Shown: positions 19,136-29,479, numbered from the stretch's first letter. The stretch is 64,000 nucleotides of DNA from a bacterium (GCA_963693055.1 OY843751.1:5536001-5600000), one strand, 5' to 3'. Notes: generated from the letters alone by a model not told the origin. Program-made: numbers and translations.

Positions 19136-20344
19136 TTAACCTTCCGTATTCATTTTCTCGGGGAACTGACTTTTTGAGACTTTTTCTATCCCATCCCTGG
19201 TGACCCGAATATTGGTTATGCGGCCGGCGCTGCCGGGCACACCCAGATCATTATCATTCAGATATAAATGTATTCCACTGGCATTGCCAATGCGCATCCA
19301 AAAATCGGAGTAGCTTTCCCAGGAGCGCTCATCGCCCGGAATAAAAATAGCTTCATCTGTAAGGGTATCCGAATATACTATACGCAGCCAGGTCGTATCG
19401 GTTACAACCATTCTCAATGAAAACATTTCAGATTCGGGAGTTGGTTCAACAACGTCCGCAGCAGAGTCAACCACTTTTGTCGTTTGTGCAGTTAAATCAG
19501 ATTTACTTACCGTATCGTCAGAATCTTTCAGCTTTGGTACAAATATAATCAGGGCAACAACAATAACAGCAACTGCAAGAAATCCATAAATAAAAATACT
19601 GTAAAAACCCAGCATCAATTTAAAATCTTCAAACCAGCCCTGTTTTTCAACAGTTGGTTCCGAATAATTGTTTTTAATTTCCGGTTGTTGATCTAATATT
19701 ACAGGCTGTTCTGGCACTATAATTTCCGGTTCCTCAACAGGTACAGGATCAGCAACGGGCTCTGGTTCAGCAACAGTTTCTTTTTCCGGTTCAGGCTCTG
19801 CTTCTGCTTCGGCCTCTATCGGTTCCGGTTCATATTCCGGTTCTTTTTGCCCGGTTTCAGGTTCCGGCTCTTTTTCAGGAGCTTTAGTCTCTGGCTCTTC
19901 TTCGCCTTCATCTTCGTCAATCGGTTCCTGAACAAGCGGCTGACCTTCTTCCTGCTCGATTTTGGTTTCCTCTTCCGGTTCCGGTTCGGGTTCCGGCTCC
20001 AAAGTTGGTTCCGGTGAAGGTTCTGGTTTGGGTTTGTCTCTCAAATCAAACTTTTCAGATTCAATTTCATTTATCACTGACGAATCTACATCTTTGACAA
20101 AAGAGGAATGGTACTTTTTCAAAACAACATCGGGATTCAAACCCAGCTCACGCGCAACAGAACTCAGATAGGCTTTGACATAAGCACTGGGTAAAAAGTC
20201 AAACACTCCATTTTCAAGATGCTGAATATTTTTAACAGATATTTTGGTAATATCAGCCAACTTTTCAACGGTCAGACCTTTGGTCTGTCTTTGCTCGGCC
20301 AGTTCACGACCAAGCTCTGCTTTTTTATTTTTTTGATTGTTCAT
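19136..20344 (-). CDS. rodZ: RodZ-like protein (HTH, TM, DUF4115) with a long Glu/Pro linker
   Basis: N-terminal HTH (LPSAYVKAYL), single TM, C-terminal RIGNASG. Confidence 0.8.
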   Translation of the reverse strand: MNNQKNKKAELGRELAEQRQTKGLTVEKLADITKISVKNIQHLENGVFDFLPSAYVKAYLSSVARELGLNPDVVLKKYHSSFVKDVDSSVINEIESEKFDLRDKPKPEPSPEPTLEPEPEPEPEEETKIEQEEGQPLVQEPIDEDEGEEEPETKAPEKEPEPETGQKEPEYEPEPIEAEAEAEPEPEKETVAEPEPVADPVPVEEPEIIVPEQPVILDQQPEIKNNYSEPTVEKQGWFEDFKLMLGFYSIFIYGFLAVAVIVVALIIFVPKLKDSDDTVSKSDLTAQTTKVVDSAADVVEPTPESEMFSLRMVVTDTTWLRIVYSDTLTDEAIFIPGDERSWESYSDFWMRIGNASGIHLYLNDNDLGVPGSAGRITNIRVTRDGIEKVSKSQFPEKMNTEG

Positions 20345-20957
20345 TGTTATTCAACATGGTTAATAATTGAGTATAAAATTTGGTTAACGGAAATCCTACA
20401 ACATTATAAAAACAACCATCAATCTTTTCAGCAAAAACCGCGCTTTTATCCTGAATGCCATACGCACCGGCTTTGTCGAACGGACTTTTTGTGCCAATAT
20501 ATCCCCAAATCTCCCAGTCTTCCAATTGACGAAAACTGACACGCGTAACCTCTGCGTCTGAAACGATATGATTCTGGGGTTTTTCTACAATGGCAAACCC
20601 GGTAAACACCTCGTGCGTTCTGCCTTGAAGCCGTTTGAGCATTTCATAGGCATCATCCGCATCTTTGGGTTTACCCAATATCTCATTATCAAGTACTACT
20701 ATTGTATCCGCACCAATGATTCGACCCGTTTCAATATCCTGGGCTACCTGTTTTGCTTTTGCTAAGGATAACGCTTTTACATGCTCACGGGGATCACGGA
20801 TATCAATTTCACTTTCGTCAAAATGACTGGGTACAACATTAAAATCAAATCCAATACGCGTTAAAAGCTCTGCACGTCTTGGGGATTTTGAAGCCAGTAT
20901 TAATGGCTTTTCATGGATATGTTCCATGATCTTTATATATTTATCGTCTTTCATCAC
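20325..20957 (-). CDS. maf: Maf nucleotide pyrophosphatase
   Basis: ILASKSPRR, GADTIV, DKAGAYGIQ, NVVGFP. Confidence 0.93.
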   Translation of the reverse strand: MMKDDKYIKIMEHIHEKPLILASKSPRRAELLTRIGFDFNVVPSHFDESEIDIRDPREHVKALSLAKAKQVAQDIETGRIIGADTIVVLDNEILGKPKDADDAYEMLKRLQGRTHEVFTGFAIVEKPQNHIVSDAEVTRVSFRQLEDWEIWGYIGTKSPFDKAGAYGIQDKSAVFAEKIDGCFYNVVGFPLTKFYTQLLTMLNNNEQSKK

Positions 20958-21390
20958 TATCCAGCATCAACGTAACGGGTCCATCATTATGTATCTCTAC
21001 CATCATATGTGCGCCAAAAATACCTTCCTGCACTTTGAGTCCGGTTTCTCCAAACATTTTGGTAGCTTTGTGGTACATCGGCTTGGAAAGATCAGGATGC
21101 GCGGCATCAGTAAAACTGGGGCGCCTGCCCCTGCGCGTATCCCCATACAAAGTAAATTGAGATACTACCAGCAGCTGAGCACCAACATCCAGCGCTGAAA
21201 GATTAAACCTTCCATCTACATCTTCAAAGATCCGCAGGTTTACAACTTTTTTAATAATATATTCCAAATCATTATCATCATCATCATGTTTAATACCCAA
21301 TAAAATTACCAGGCCTTGATCTATTTTGCCAACAATCTCTTTTTCTACCGTTACCGACGCCTTTTCAACGCGCTGAATCAATGCTCTCAT
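20941..21390 (-). CDS. dtd: D-aminoacyl-tRNA deacylase
   Basis: MRALIQRV, SQFTL, GRRPSF, NDGPVT. Confidence 0.95.
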   Translation of the reverse strand: MRALIQRVEKASVTVEKEIVGKIDQGLVILLGIKHDDDDNDLEYIIKKVVNLRIFEDVDGRFNLSALDVGAQLLVVSQFTLYGDTRRGRRPSFTDAAHPDLSKPMYHKATKMFGETGLKVQEGIFGAHMMVEIHNDGPVTLMLDSDERR

Positions 21391-21395
21391 AAAGC

Positions 21396-22241
21396 CTACC
21401 ATCTCCCAACGTAAATCGCCAACAATCCCACCAGCATATCAGCTTTTAATAACACACTTAATTTAGAAAATATTTTTCTATCCGGATGTATCCAAATCAT
21501 AATGGTACTGAACAAAAGTACCGTATTTACTCCTGCCATTACAACCCACAAATACCAGCTCCCATAAATACCAAGTGGATAAGGCAAAAGAGTTATAACA
21601 ATCAACAACACGAACAACACAGTGGTCAACATTTGGGCTGGAAACAAACCATATTTAACGGGCAAGGTAATCGCATTATCTCTCCGGTCACCTTCAATGT
21701 CTTCCATATCTTTAATAATCTCTCGCCCAAAATGCATCATGAATGCAAATATAGCGGGTATTACAGCCTGTTCAATGTTCCCAACCGCAATTCCACCATA
21801 AATAAATGCCATACCGGTTGCCAAACTGACCGTTAAATTGCCCAACAATACCATTCGCTTGAATCTTGCACTATAGAAATACAGCAAAACCGTTGAAAGT
21901 GCCGAAATCAGTAATGCCTTTTCATTGATCAATGCGCCAAAAATAATACCGGCAGCATAAAGGAATACAGAAAACAACAAAGCGGCCTTTTTCGAGATCA
22001 ATCCCGAGGCCACAGGCCGGCTGGGCTTGTTTATCTTGTCTATTTCCACATCATAATAATCATTTATGGTATTAGACGCTGCGGTAATTACACCTCCGGA
22101 AAGTGCAGCCAGTAAAATTGCCACCCAATGCTCAAGACTACCGCATAAAAATGCCGCAATAAAAATAGACAGCATGGCTATAAACACATTCACCGGACGC
22201 GTTAAAGTCAACAATCCGTTTATTTTTACACGAGTAGACAA
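21396..22241 (-). CDS. UbiA prenyltransferase, digeranylgeranylglyceryl-phosphate (DGGGP) synthase-like
   Basis: LTRPVN, NDYYDVEIDKINKPSRP, YSARFK, GREIIKDMEDIEGD, TLP. Confidence 0.8.
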   Translation of the reverse strand: MSTRVKINGLLTLTRPVNVFIAMLSIFIAAFLCGSLEHWVAILLAALSGGVITAASNTINDYYDVEIDKINKPSRPVASGLISKKAALLFSVFLYAAGIIFGALINEKALLISALSTVLLYFYSARFKRMVLLGNLTVSLATGMAFIYGGIAVGNIEQAVIPAIFAFMMHFGREIIKDMEDIEGDRRDNAITLPVKYGLFPAQMLTTVLFVLLIVITLLPYPLGIYGSWYLWVVMAGVNTVLLFSTIMIWIHPDRKIFSKLSVLLKADMLVGLLAIYVGRW

Positions 22242-22337
22242 AGTTACCTCAGGTCAATACCAAACAGATAATATAGTATTCCTGTAATTCAAAATCAAGA
22301 TGAATTCATTTGACCAATCTACAGGCAAGAGATGGTT

Positions 22338-23084
22338 CTAGACAGGATTATGAACATCGATAAATTCTACATCCACATCAAATTTAGAGGCAGCATAATC
22401 ACCCAGGGCCATTATACCGGGTCTTTCTGTGGCATAATGCCCCGCTGCGATGAAATGTATATTCCCTTCTTTGGCTTTATGCATAACCGGCTCAGACACT
22501 TCACCAGTTATAAAGACATCAAGCCCTTCTTCAATAGCCTGAGAAATATAATATTGTGAACCACCCGAACAAATCCCGATTCGAGAGACTGTTTTGGGGC
22601 CATAATCAAATACCAGCGGATTGCTGCCATAATAGGCTTTCACTTTATCTAGAAAAGATGCAAAAGGTATTTCATCTGTTACACCTTTAACTCCCACATC
22701 TATAAAGCCTTCTATATCTCTTAATTTTAAATTTCTGGCTGCCTGCGCATTATTACCAACCTGCATGTGCTTATCAAGCGGAAGGTGATATGCCAGCAAA
22801 GTAATCTCATTGTCCAGCAACCGCTTCAAACGGGTTTTAAGACCACCTTTAACAACCGGACTCTCTTTGCTCCAGATAATACCATGATGCACAATAATCA
22901 TATCCGCTTTTTTTTCAATTGCCAAATCAAACAATTCTACATTCGCAGAAACAGCGGTTATAATTTTTTCAACTTTTTCTTTACCTTCTACCTGCAATCC
23001 ATTAGGCCCATAATCAGAAAATTCATGTATTGCCAGGTATTCATTCAAATGTGCGGTTAGCTCGTCTCGTAATATCATATGCAT
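22338..23084 (-). CDS. Nif3-like dinuclear metal-centre protein
   Basis: DYGPNGLQVEG, VHHG, YHLPLD, AGHYATE. Confidence 0.92.
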   Translation of the reverse strand: MHMILRDELTAHLNEYLAIHEFSDYGPNGLQVEGKEKVEKIITAVSANVELFDLAIEKKADMIIVHHGIIWSKESPVVKGGLKTRLKRLLDNEITLLAYHLPLDKHMQVGNNAQAARNLKLRDIEGFIDVGVKGVTDEIPFASFLDKVKAYYGSNPLVFDYGPKTVSRIGICSGGSQYYISQAIEEGLDVFITGEVSEPVMHKAKEGNIHFIAAGHYATERPGIMALGDYAASKFDVDVEFIDVHNPV

Positions 23085-23099
23085 TCCATCATTTTTATT

Positions 23100-24131
23100 T
23101 CAGTCTATAACTATTGGTTTATCCTGTTTTGACGACTCGTAAACAGCCAATATCAACTGTAATGCGCGCCTTGCTTCGGCACCACTCACAACAGGTTCTC
23201 TGTTTTCACGTATTGCGCCAAAAATATCTGTAAACTCTTTAATAAAAGGAGTTAAATCAATATCGAGGGGTTTAGACGCACCGCCAGCGGAGCCGCTCTC
23301 TTTGCGAAAAGGTTCTTCACCATCAATATGCATAAAAGCCAGTCTCTCGCCCTCGACAACAACCGTACCTTTGGTACCATGCACATCTAGCCGTGCCGGC
23401 AACCCGGGAAACGTTGCCGTAGATGCCTGAATTACTCCCGAAGCACCGTTCTCAAATTCTACCATGGCCATACCAATATCTTCTACTTCAATATCATGCG
23501 TACAGGTACGTGTTTTACCATAAACCCATTTAGCGGGCCCCATTGCCGAAAGCATCAGGTCAATAAAATGAATACCCTGATTCATAAACGGTCCACCGCC
23601 ATCCAGTTCATGTGTACCGCGCCATGCACCGCTGTTGTAGTAATCCATTGAGCGATACCATTTAATGCTGGCTTCTGCATGAATCAGTTTGCCCAGCTTC
23701 TCTTCTTTGAGAAGAGCATATAATTTCTGCATGGGTTCCATAAACCGGTATTGGCTAATCACACCCAACGTTACATTATTTCCTTTGCAGGCATTAATCA
23801 ACGCATCTGCCTTGTCCAGTGTTACATCTATGGGTTTTTCAACGATTACATGCTTGCCCGCTTTAGCAAATTGAATACCCATCTCTGCATGAAGTCCGGA
23901 TGGCAGGGTAATATCCGCAACATGTATATCGGGATCATTCAAAATTTCATTTATTTCAGTCGTATATTCCAGATCCAGCTTTTCTGCTGCCTCGCGGGCC
24001 TTGGATTCATCCCGGCGATAAAGTTTAACAACATTTACATTATCATTCAATTGTCGTATAGCATTCACATGATGCGTGGATATTGCTCCCGCACCTATTA
24101 TTGCAACATTCAGTATTTTATTTGTGCTCAT
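23100..24131 (-). CDS. Gfo/Idh/MocA oxidoreductase
   Basis: IIGAGAI, EKP, DGGGPFMNQGIHFID, VED. Confidence 0.92.
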   Translation of the reverse strand: MSTNKILNVAIIGAGAISTHHVNAIRQLNDNVNVVKLYRRDESKAREAAEKLDLEYTTEINEILNDPDIHVADITLPSGLHAEMGIQFAKAGKHVIVEKPIDVTLDKADALINACKGNNVTLGVISQYRFMEPMQKLYALLKEEKLGKLIHAEASIKWYRSMDYYNSGAWRGTHELDGGGPFMNQGIHFIDLMLSAMGPAKWVYGKTRTCTHDIEVEDIGMAMVEFENGASGVIQASTATFPGLPARLDVHGTKGTVVVEGERLAFMHIDGEEPFRKESGSAGGASKPLDIDLTPFIKEFTDIFGAIRENREPVVSGAEARRALQLILAVYESSKQDKPIVID

Positions 24132-24134
24132 GTT

Positions 24135-24722
24135 TTATTCCTGTTTAAATACATTCAAATGACAGATATGATTCAGATCGCGTTTGGGCACTTTCAACGT
24201 ACCGTCTGTATCTTTATAATATTTTTGTGAATCTTTAAAGTCTACAATCCGCGGTTCTTCTGCTGGTATACCAAGAGCCAACACAGAATCCAGCTCGTAT
24301 GAATCCGGCACATTAAGCAATTCACACACGTGAGCGCGGTTCACCGATCCCAACCAGCATGAACCAATACCCTCGGCTAATGCAAAGAGGATCATATTCT
24401 CCACAGCAGCACCAATATCATGACCGGTCCAGGCCGACTTTAATGATTTATTAACCAGCACTGCAATATATGCTACCGGTTGCTCCTCAGGTGCGGGTCT
24501 TCCCGTATCATCCGGTAAATACCCTGCCCATCGGGTATATTGAAATACATTATTTACAATATCAGGTTCCTGAATAATAATATACTCCAAAGGCTGCATA
24601 TTCATTGCAGATGGAGCCAAACGGGCTGAATCTACCAGGCTTTTTAATACCTCTGTGACAATTTTTTCCTGTTTGAAGCGACGAATGGTTCGTCGTTTCA
24701 AGATTAGATCATGTAACGACAA
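24135..24722 (-). CDS. Nitroreductase family protein
   Basis: RRTIRRF, APSAMNMQP, GIGSCWLG; probable TTG start at 24722 after AGGGAG. Confidence 0.88.
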   Translation of the reverse strand: MSLHDLILKRRTIRRFKQEKIVTEVLKSLVDSARLAPSAMNMQPLEYIIIQEPDIVNNVFQYTRWAGYLPDDTGRPAPEEQPVAYIAVLVNKSLKSAWTGHDIGAAVENMILFALAEGIGSCWLGSVNRAHVCELLNVPDSYELDSVLALGIPAEEPRIVDFKDSQKYYKDTDGTLKVPKRDLNHICHLNVFKQE

Positions 24723-24871
24723 AGCATCTCCCTGTGTTTTTGTTATATTATAATTTAAACTGTTGCTTAACAATTACAAGAAAAATCGATTGATAAAAAC
24801 CCTTGTAACACTTTTTGGCATATCCCGTATAATTATCCAGAAGGCCCGTGGCATTAAACAAGGAGAACATT

Positions 24872-25252
24872 ATGAGCACAGATCAAGTGAAATCAACAAA
24901 ACCCAAACATCATCATTCACGGGATTCATTAAGCGGATTGATAACCGGATCGTTATTTATTTTAGCTGGAGCATTTATTTTTGCAGAAAACCAGGGAATG
25001 TTTTACGATAGCTGGTTCTGGTGGTTTTTATTATCTGCCGGAATTGTATTCATAATCGAAGCAATAATCCGTATTCGTATCCCCCGTTTTAACAAACCTG
25101 TTTACGGCATCATCATTAAAGGAAGCATTATCTCTGCTTTGGGTGCCTCCCAATTATACAATATAGAGGATTGGTGGCCAGTGATATTGATCATAACCGG
25201 ATCCATGCTGATCTTTCAAGCATTTCACACAACTTCCGAACACAAAGCATAA
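24872..25252 (+). CDS. Small membrane protein (LiaF/LiaI TM-like)
   Basis: Four hydrophobic segments, WWPVILII; AGGAG RBS. Confidence 0.7.
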   Translation: MSTDQVKSTKPKHHHSRDSLSGLITGSLFILAGAFIFAENQGMFYDSWFWWFLLSAGIVFIIEAIIRIRIPRFNKPVYGIIIKGSIISALGASQLYNIEDWWPVILIITGSMLIFQAFHTTSEHKA

Positions 25253-25257
25253 ACAAT

Positions 25258-25285
25258 TTCCCCGGTTATTAGCCTAACCGGGGAA
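25258..25285 (+). terminator. Stem-loop, probable terminator
   Basis: TTCCCCGGTTA-N6-TAACCGGGGAA directly after the stop codon. Confidence 0.65.
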
Positions 25286-25386
25286 TTCTCTCCCCTGAAT
25301 TACTTGCTTATTCCTGTAACCTTTAAAAAGCGCTTGGAAAATTCGTCAGGAATTGTAAATTATACTCGATTGATAAAGGAGTTTTT

Positions 25387-25857
25387 ATGAATCTGAGTGA
25401 CCTCTTGACAAAAGATGTAATTCGGATACCACTGGAAAATACCGAAAAAAACAGAATTATCGAAGAAATGGTCGATATTCTTGCCAGCCAAAACCGGGTT
25501 ACGGACAGAGACGCTGTACTGCAAGCGGTTCTTGACCGTGAACGCGTTATGAGCACAGGCATGGGTGATGGTGTTGCCATCCCTCACGCTAAAAGCGATG
25601 GTGTTTCTGAACTTGTTAGCGCATTTGGCATTACCCGCCAGGATGTAGATTTCAAGTCCATTGACGAAAAACCTGTTCGCTTGATTTTTTTACTGGTTGG
25701 GCCGGTTGATCAGACGGGTCCGCATTTAAAAGCACTCAGTCGTATTTCCCGTTTAATGCACCGAAAAGAGTTTCGAGACAGGTTATCATCTTCACATTCA
25801 AGTGAAGAAGTCATCGAGGCTATCAAAAAAGAAGAGCAAAAATATTTTGCTTTATAA
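25387..25857 (+). CDS. Stand-alone PTS IIA (fructose/nitrogen-type)
   Basis: RERVMSTGMGDGVAIPHAK, HLKALSRISR. Confidence 0.92.
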   Translation: MNLSDLLTKDVIRIPLENTEKNRIIEEMVDILASQNRVTDRDAVLQAVLDRERVMSTGMGDGVAIPHAKSDGVSELVSAFGITRQDVDFKSIDEKPVRLIFLLVGPVDQTGPHLKALSRISRLMHRKEFRDRLSSSHSSEEVIEAIKKEEQKYFAL

Positions 25858-25878
25858 TACAGTTTTTTTTCATTAAAC

Positions 25879-25901
25879 GGGTCTCTTTGCGAGGCCCTTT
25901 T
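25879..25901 (+). terminator. Possible terminator
   Basis: GGGTCTC-N5-GAGGCCC-TTTT. Confidence 0.45.
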
Positions 25902-25921
25902 GTATTTTAAGGGGAATAGAT

Positions 25922-26179
25922 ATGAGTGAAGAAAATTTAAATGACCCAAATGAGGAAATGATCAGCCTTAGCACGCTGCCGGGTGTTATTTATGCCGAAA
26001 TGGTTAAAGAAACCCTGGAGAACAATGGTATCCCTTGTGTCATCAAATCCGACTTGCTAAGTTCAGGCTTGTTGGCAAAATCTGCTGGCCTTTCTGATGA
26101 TGTCTGCCGAATTTATGTACACAAAAAGCACCACAAAAAAGCACAAACAATCCTTGAAGGAATGATGGACCACATATAG
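25922..26179 (+). CDS. DUF2007-like putative signal-transducing protein
   Basis: AEMVKETLENNGIPC, RIYV pattern. Confidence 0.7.
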   Translation: MSEENLNDPNEEMISLSTLPGVIYAEMVKETLENNGIPCVIKSDLLSSGLLAKSAGLSDDVCRIYVHKKHHKKAQTILEGMMDHI

Positions 26180-26195
26180 CAGGAATTTAAACAAA

Positions 26196-27461
26196 ATGAA
26201 ATACAAATCTATTACCGGTATGCGGGATGTATTGCCTGAAGAACAGCCCTATTGGCGCTGGATTGAGCAAAAACTGCATGAAATTACACAAATCTATGGC
26301 TATAAACGCATTGACCCACCAATATTGGAAGAAACCTCTCTGTTTATTCGCGGAGTAGGTGACACTACTGATATTGTTGAAAAAGAAATGTACACCTTTA
26401 ACGACAAGGGTGACAATTCCGTTACCATGCGTCCGGAATTTACTGCCGGAGTAATGCGCACTTATCTGCAAAACGGATTGCACATGCAGGCTAAACCGGT
26501 AAAATTGTATTCCATGGGACCCGTTTTCCGATATGAACGTCCCCAGGCAGGACGATTTCGTCAGCACACTCAGTTTAATGTTGAAGCACTGGGCGAGCAA
26601 GACCCCCTGCTCGATCTCGAAGTCATGTCCATTGCCTGGCAGCTTTACGCAGAGCTGGGATTCAAAGGCCTTGCTTTTCAGCTCAACAGTACCGGCTGCT
26701 CCAAATGCAGACCTGCATATATTGAAACACTTAAAGCCTACTATCAGGAACATTATGATGAAATCTGTGACGATTGTAAACGCAGATTAGGCAAAAACCC
26801 CCTCAGACTGCTGGATTGTAAAGTAGAAACCTGTCAACCGGTTATAGCCCAGGCGCCGGTTATTAGCGAACACTTGTGTAAAGAATGTGAAGACCATTTT
26901 TCTACCTTGAAACGATATCTTGATAAAACCGGCAGAGCCTATTCTGTTAACCATAAACTGGTACGCGGATTGGATTATTATACCAAAACTGTATTTGAAG
27001 TATGGGCACAGGGCATTGGATCTCAAAACGCCATGTGCGGCGGCGGCAGATACGATGGACTCATTGAACAACTGGGTGGCCCTTCTACACCGGGCATTGG
27101 TTTTGGCTCAGGAATTGAGCGCATTATTCTTAGTATGAAAGAGCAGGGCATAGAACCGCCAGCATTAAAAAGCATTGATGTGTTTATGGCACACATGGGT
27201 GAAAATGCCAAAGATAAAGCCATTGAGCTCACCTTTGCATTACGTCAACAGGGTATACCGGCTCTGATATCTTTTGGCAGTGATCGCAGTATAAAGTCTC
27301 AAATGAAAGAAGCTAATCGAAATAACGCCAAATACGCTGTAATTCTGGGTGACCAGGAAATTGAACAGGGCGTGGCGGCAGTCAAAGATCTTGAAGAAGG
27401 AACACAGACCGAGATCAAGATGGCAGATTTTATCGATCACTTTACAAACAAGATGAAATAA
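26196..27461 (+). CDS. hisS: Histidine--tRNA ligase
   Basis: KEMYTF, RPEFTA, FRYERPQAGRFRQ, VRGLDYY, GGGRYD. Confidence 0.97.
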   Translation: MKYKSITGMRDVLPEEQPYWRWIEQKLHEITQIYGYKRIDPPILEETSLFIRGVGDTTDIVEKEMYTFNDKGDNSVTMRPEFTAGVMRTYLQNGLHMQAKPVKLYSMGPVFRYERPQAGRFRQHTQFNVEALGEQDPLLDLEVMSIAWQLYAELGFKGLAFQLNSTGCSKCRPAYIETLKAYYQEHYDEICDDCKRRLGKNPLRLLDCKVETCQPVIAQAPVISEHLCKECEDHFSTLKRYLDKTGRAYSVNHKLVRGLDYYTKTVFEVWAQGIGSQNAMCGGGRYDGLIEQLGGPSTPGIGFGSGIERIILSMKEQGIEPPALKSIDVFMAHMGENAKDKAIELTFALRQQGIPALISFGSDRSIKSQMKEANRNNAKYAVILGDQEIEQGVAAVKDLEEGTQTEIKMADFIDHFTNKMK

Positions 27462-27465
27462 ACCC

Positions 27466-28245
27466 ATGACCGAACCCCTGTCACAAAAGCAGGCCAAACT
27501 CGTTCGGTCTTTGCAAATTAAAAAGTACCGGGAAAAAGAACAGCTTTTCTGGATTGAGGGTGTGCGATTGTGCGAAGAAGCACTAAACGCATCGGCAAAA
27601 ATCTCGTTTTGTGTGCTTGGCCAGAATTTTCAGGACAATGAACGCAATCAGGATCTATTAAAGCGTATCTCTGCTCAAAACATACCCGTTTACCAATCTC
27701 AGGAAAATTTCAAATCTTTAGCAGATACAGACTCGCCGCAGGGTATTGGCTGTGTAGTACATATTGTACAGAATCTACCCAATTATGAAACCGCAAAACG
27801 GCTATTGTTCATCGATGGCATTCAGGATCCTGGTAATATGGGAACACTTGTCAGAACCGCGGAATGGTTTGGCTTTGACGGTATCATTACAAGCGACAAT
27901 TCCGTGGACATATTGAATCCCAAAGTACTGCGCAGTACCATGGGTGCAATATTTAACATACCCATTCAAGACAAAGCCCAACCGATTGATCTTTTTACAC
28001 AATTAAAAGAAAATCACTTTACATTGATCGGCTCGGTGCTAAGTGAACATGCAAAGCAAGAAATCCAAACACCTGCGGACAAAGCTTGCCTGGTTATTGG
28101 CAGTGAAGCACACGGAATCCGTAAAGAGCTGTTACCCTTGCTCGATGAAAACATCTGCATACCTGGCTCTGGTAAAAGTGAATCTCTGAACGCGGCGGTT
28201 GCCGCCGGCATATTAATGTATACTCTGGGAAAAAACCATGGATGA
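27466..28245 (+). CDS. TrmH/SpoU RNA methyltransferase
   Basis: QDPGNMGTLVRTA, GSEAHG, ESLNAAVA. Confidence 0.93.
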   Translation: MTEPLSQKQAKLVRSLQIKKYREKEQLFWIEGVRLCEEALNASAKISFCVLGQNFQDNERNQDLLKRISAQNIPVYQSQENFKSLADTDSPQGIGCVVHIVQNLPNYETAKRLLFIDGIQDPGNMGTLVRTAEWFGFDGIITSDNSVDILNPKVLRSTMGAIFNIPIQDKAQPIDLFTQLKENHFTLIGSVLSEHAKQEIQTPADKACLVIGSEAHGIRKELLPLLDENICIPGSGKSESLNAAVAAGILMYTLGKNHG

Positions 28246-29059
28246 ATTTAATATTGAACCCAAAAGCGTATTAAAACCACTGGAACTATTTTTAATACTG
28301 CTGGTCACCATGATTATTGTACCGGTTATTGGCTTGCCAATCACCTATTTTTTCGGTCCTTCAGTTGGTTTACTGACCGAAGCGCTCATCATCTTTCCTG
28401 CAATGGTCTATGTATATATTAAAAAAATGCACTTTACCAAAACCTTCCGATTGAACAAGATCTCGCCCTCTCTTTTATCAGCAACACTCTTGCTGGCATT
28501 TTCTCTGTTTATTATTGGAGATGAGCTGGACAGGTTGGTAAATAGCCTCTTTCCCATTCCCGATTATATTTTCGAAGCAATGAAAGACATGCTTACATTT
28601 CATTCCATTCCGCATGCTTTATTGCTCATACTGACCGGGGTAATTTTTGCCGCCATTACAGAAGAGATGCTTTTTCGTGGGGCTATCATGAAGACATTAG
28701 AGAAAAATGTCAAGCCAGCGGCTGCTATATTTATATCCTCGTTATTATTTGCAATTATTCATTTCAATCCCTGGTCTGTGTTACAAATCCTGTTTATAGG
28801 ATTGTTTATGGGATACATGGCATGGAAATCTGACAGCATTTTCCCATCCATGATATTTCACGCTCTCAACAATCTGGCTTCCATGCTGTTCCTCAATACA
28901 CCTGAAGACTCTTTGCGTTGGTATTCAGGAGAACAACATGTAAAATTTTACTGGATAATCGCTGCTGTTGCCTTACTGATTCCCGCAATACGCTATTTCA
29001 ACAGTGTTTGCAGCGAAAAAACAGATTCCCCAGCAACCGAGTTTCCGCAAAACGCCTGA
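28238..29059 (+). CDS. CPBP (Abi/CAAX) intramembrane metalloprotease
   Basis: EEMLFRG, FAIIH, HALNN. Confidence 0.92.
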   Translation: MDEFNIEPKSVLKPLELFLILLVTMIIVPVIGLPITYFFGPSVGLLTEALIIFPAMVYVYIKKMHFTKTFRLNKISPSLLSATLLLAFSLFIIGDELDRLVNSLFPIPDYIFEAMKDMLTFHSIPHALLLILTGVIFAAITEEMLFRGAIMKTLEKNVKPAAAIFISSLLFAIIHFNPWSVLQILFIGLFMGYMAWKSDSIFPSMIFHALNNLASMLFLNTPEDSLRWYSGEQHVKFYWIIAAVALLIPAIRYFNSVCSEKTDSPATEFPQNA

Positions 29060-29113
29060 TTTGCGCCTATTACTCTTGAAAATTAACAAACCCAGGCCAA
29101 GAGTAAAAAACGT

Positions 29114-29479
29114 ATGAAAATTGTCATTTTAAATGGGGAACTGCAAACCGGAATGCAGATGTACCTTGCGTTGAGCACACACTTTAATGTGCAAGTCGTG
29201 CAGGATACTAACGATCTTTTGGATATTTTAGACAGCGAAAACACAGACTTTACATTTTTCGATTTTTGCGATGAAGATGGCAACTGTACCGACCAGAAAG
29301 CGTTTGATATTATAGATCAGATTGCATTCAAACACCCTGCCACACAGATTATAGGGCTTTACAAACAGCCAGACAAAACCATCTTGCAAAAAGCAGCCGA
29401 GCACGGCATCAAAAAAATGATCACAAAGCCTGTAAAAAACCGGGAATTGTTCAGAACCATAGATTCTCAGTTGGTTTAG
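29114..29479 (+). CDS. Atypical single-domain response regulator
   Basis: Receiver-fold pattern MKIVIL...DFTFFD...IIGL...ITKPV. Confidence 0.7.
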   Translation: MKIVILNGELQTGMQMYLALSTHFNVQVVQDTNDLLDILDSENTDFTFFDFCDEDGNCTDQKAFDIIDQIAFKHPATQIIGLYKQPDKTILQKAAEHGIKKMITKPVKNRELFRTIDSQLV

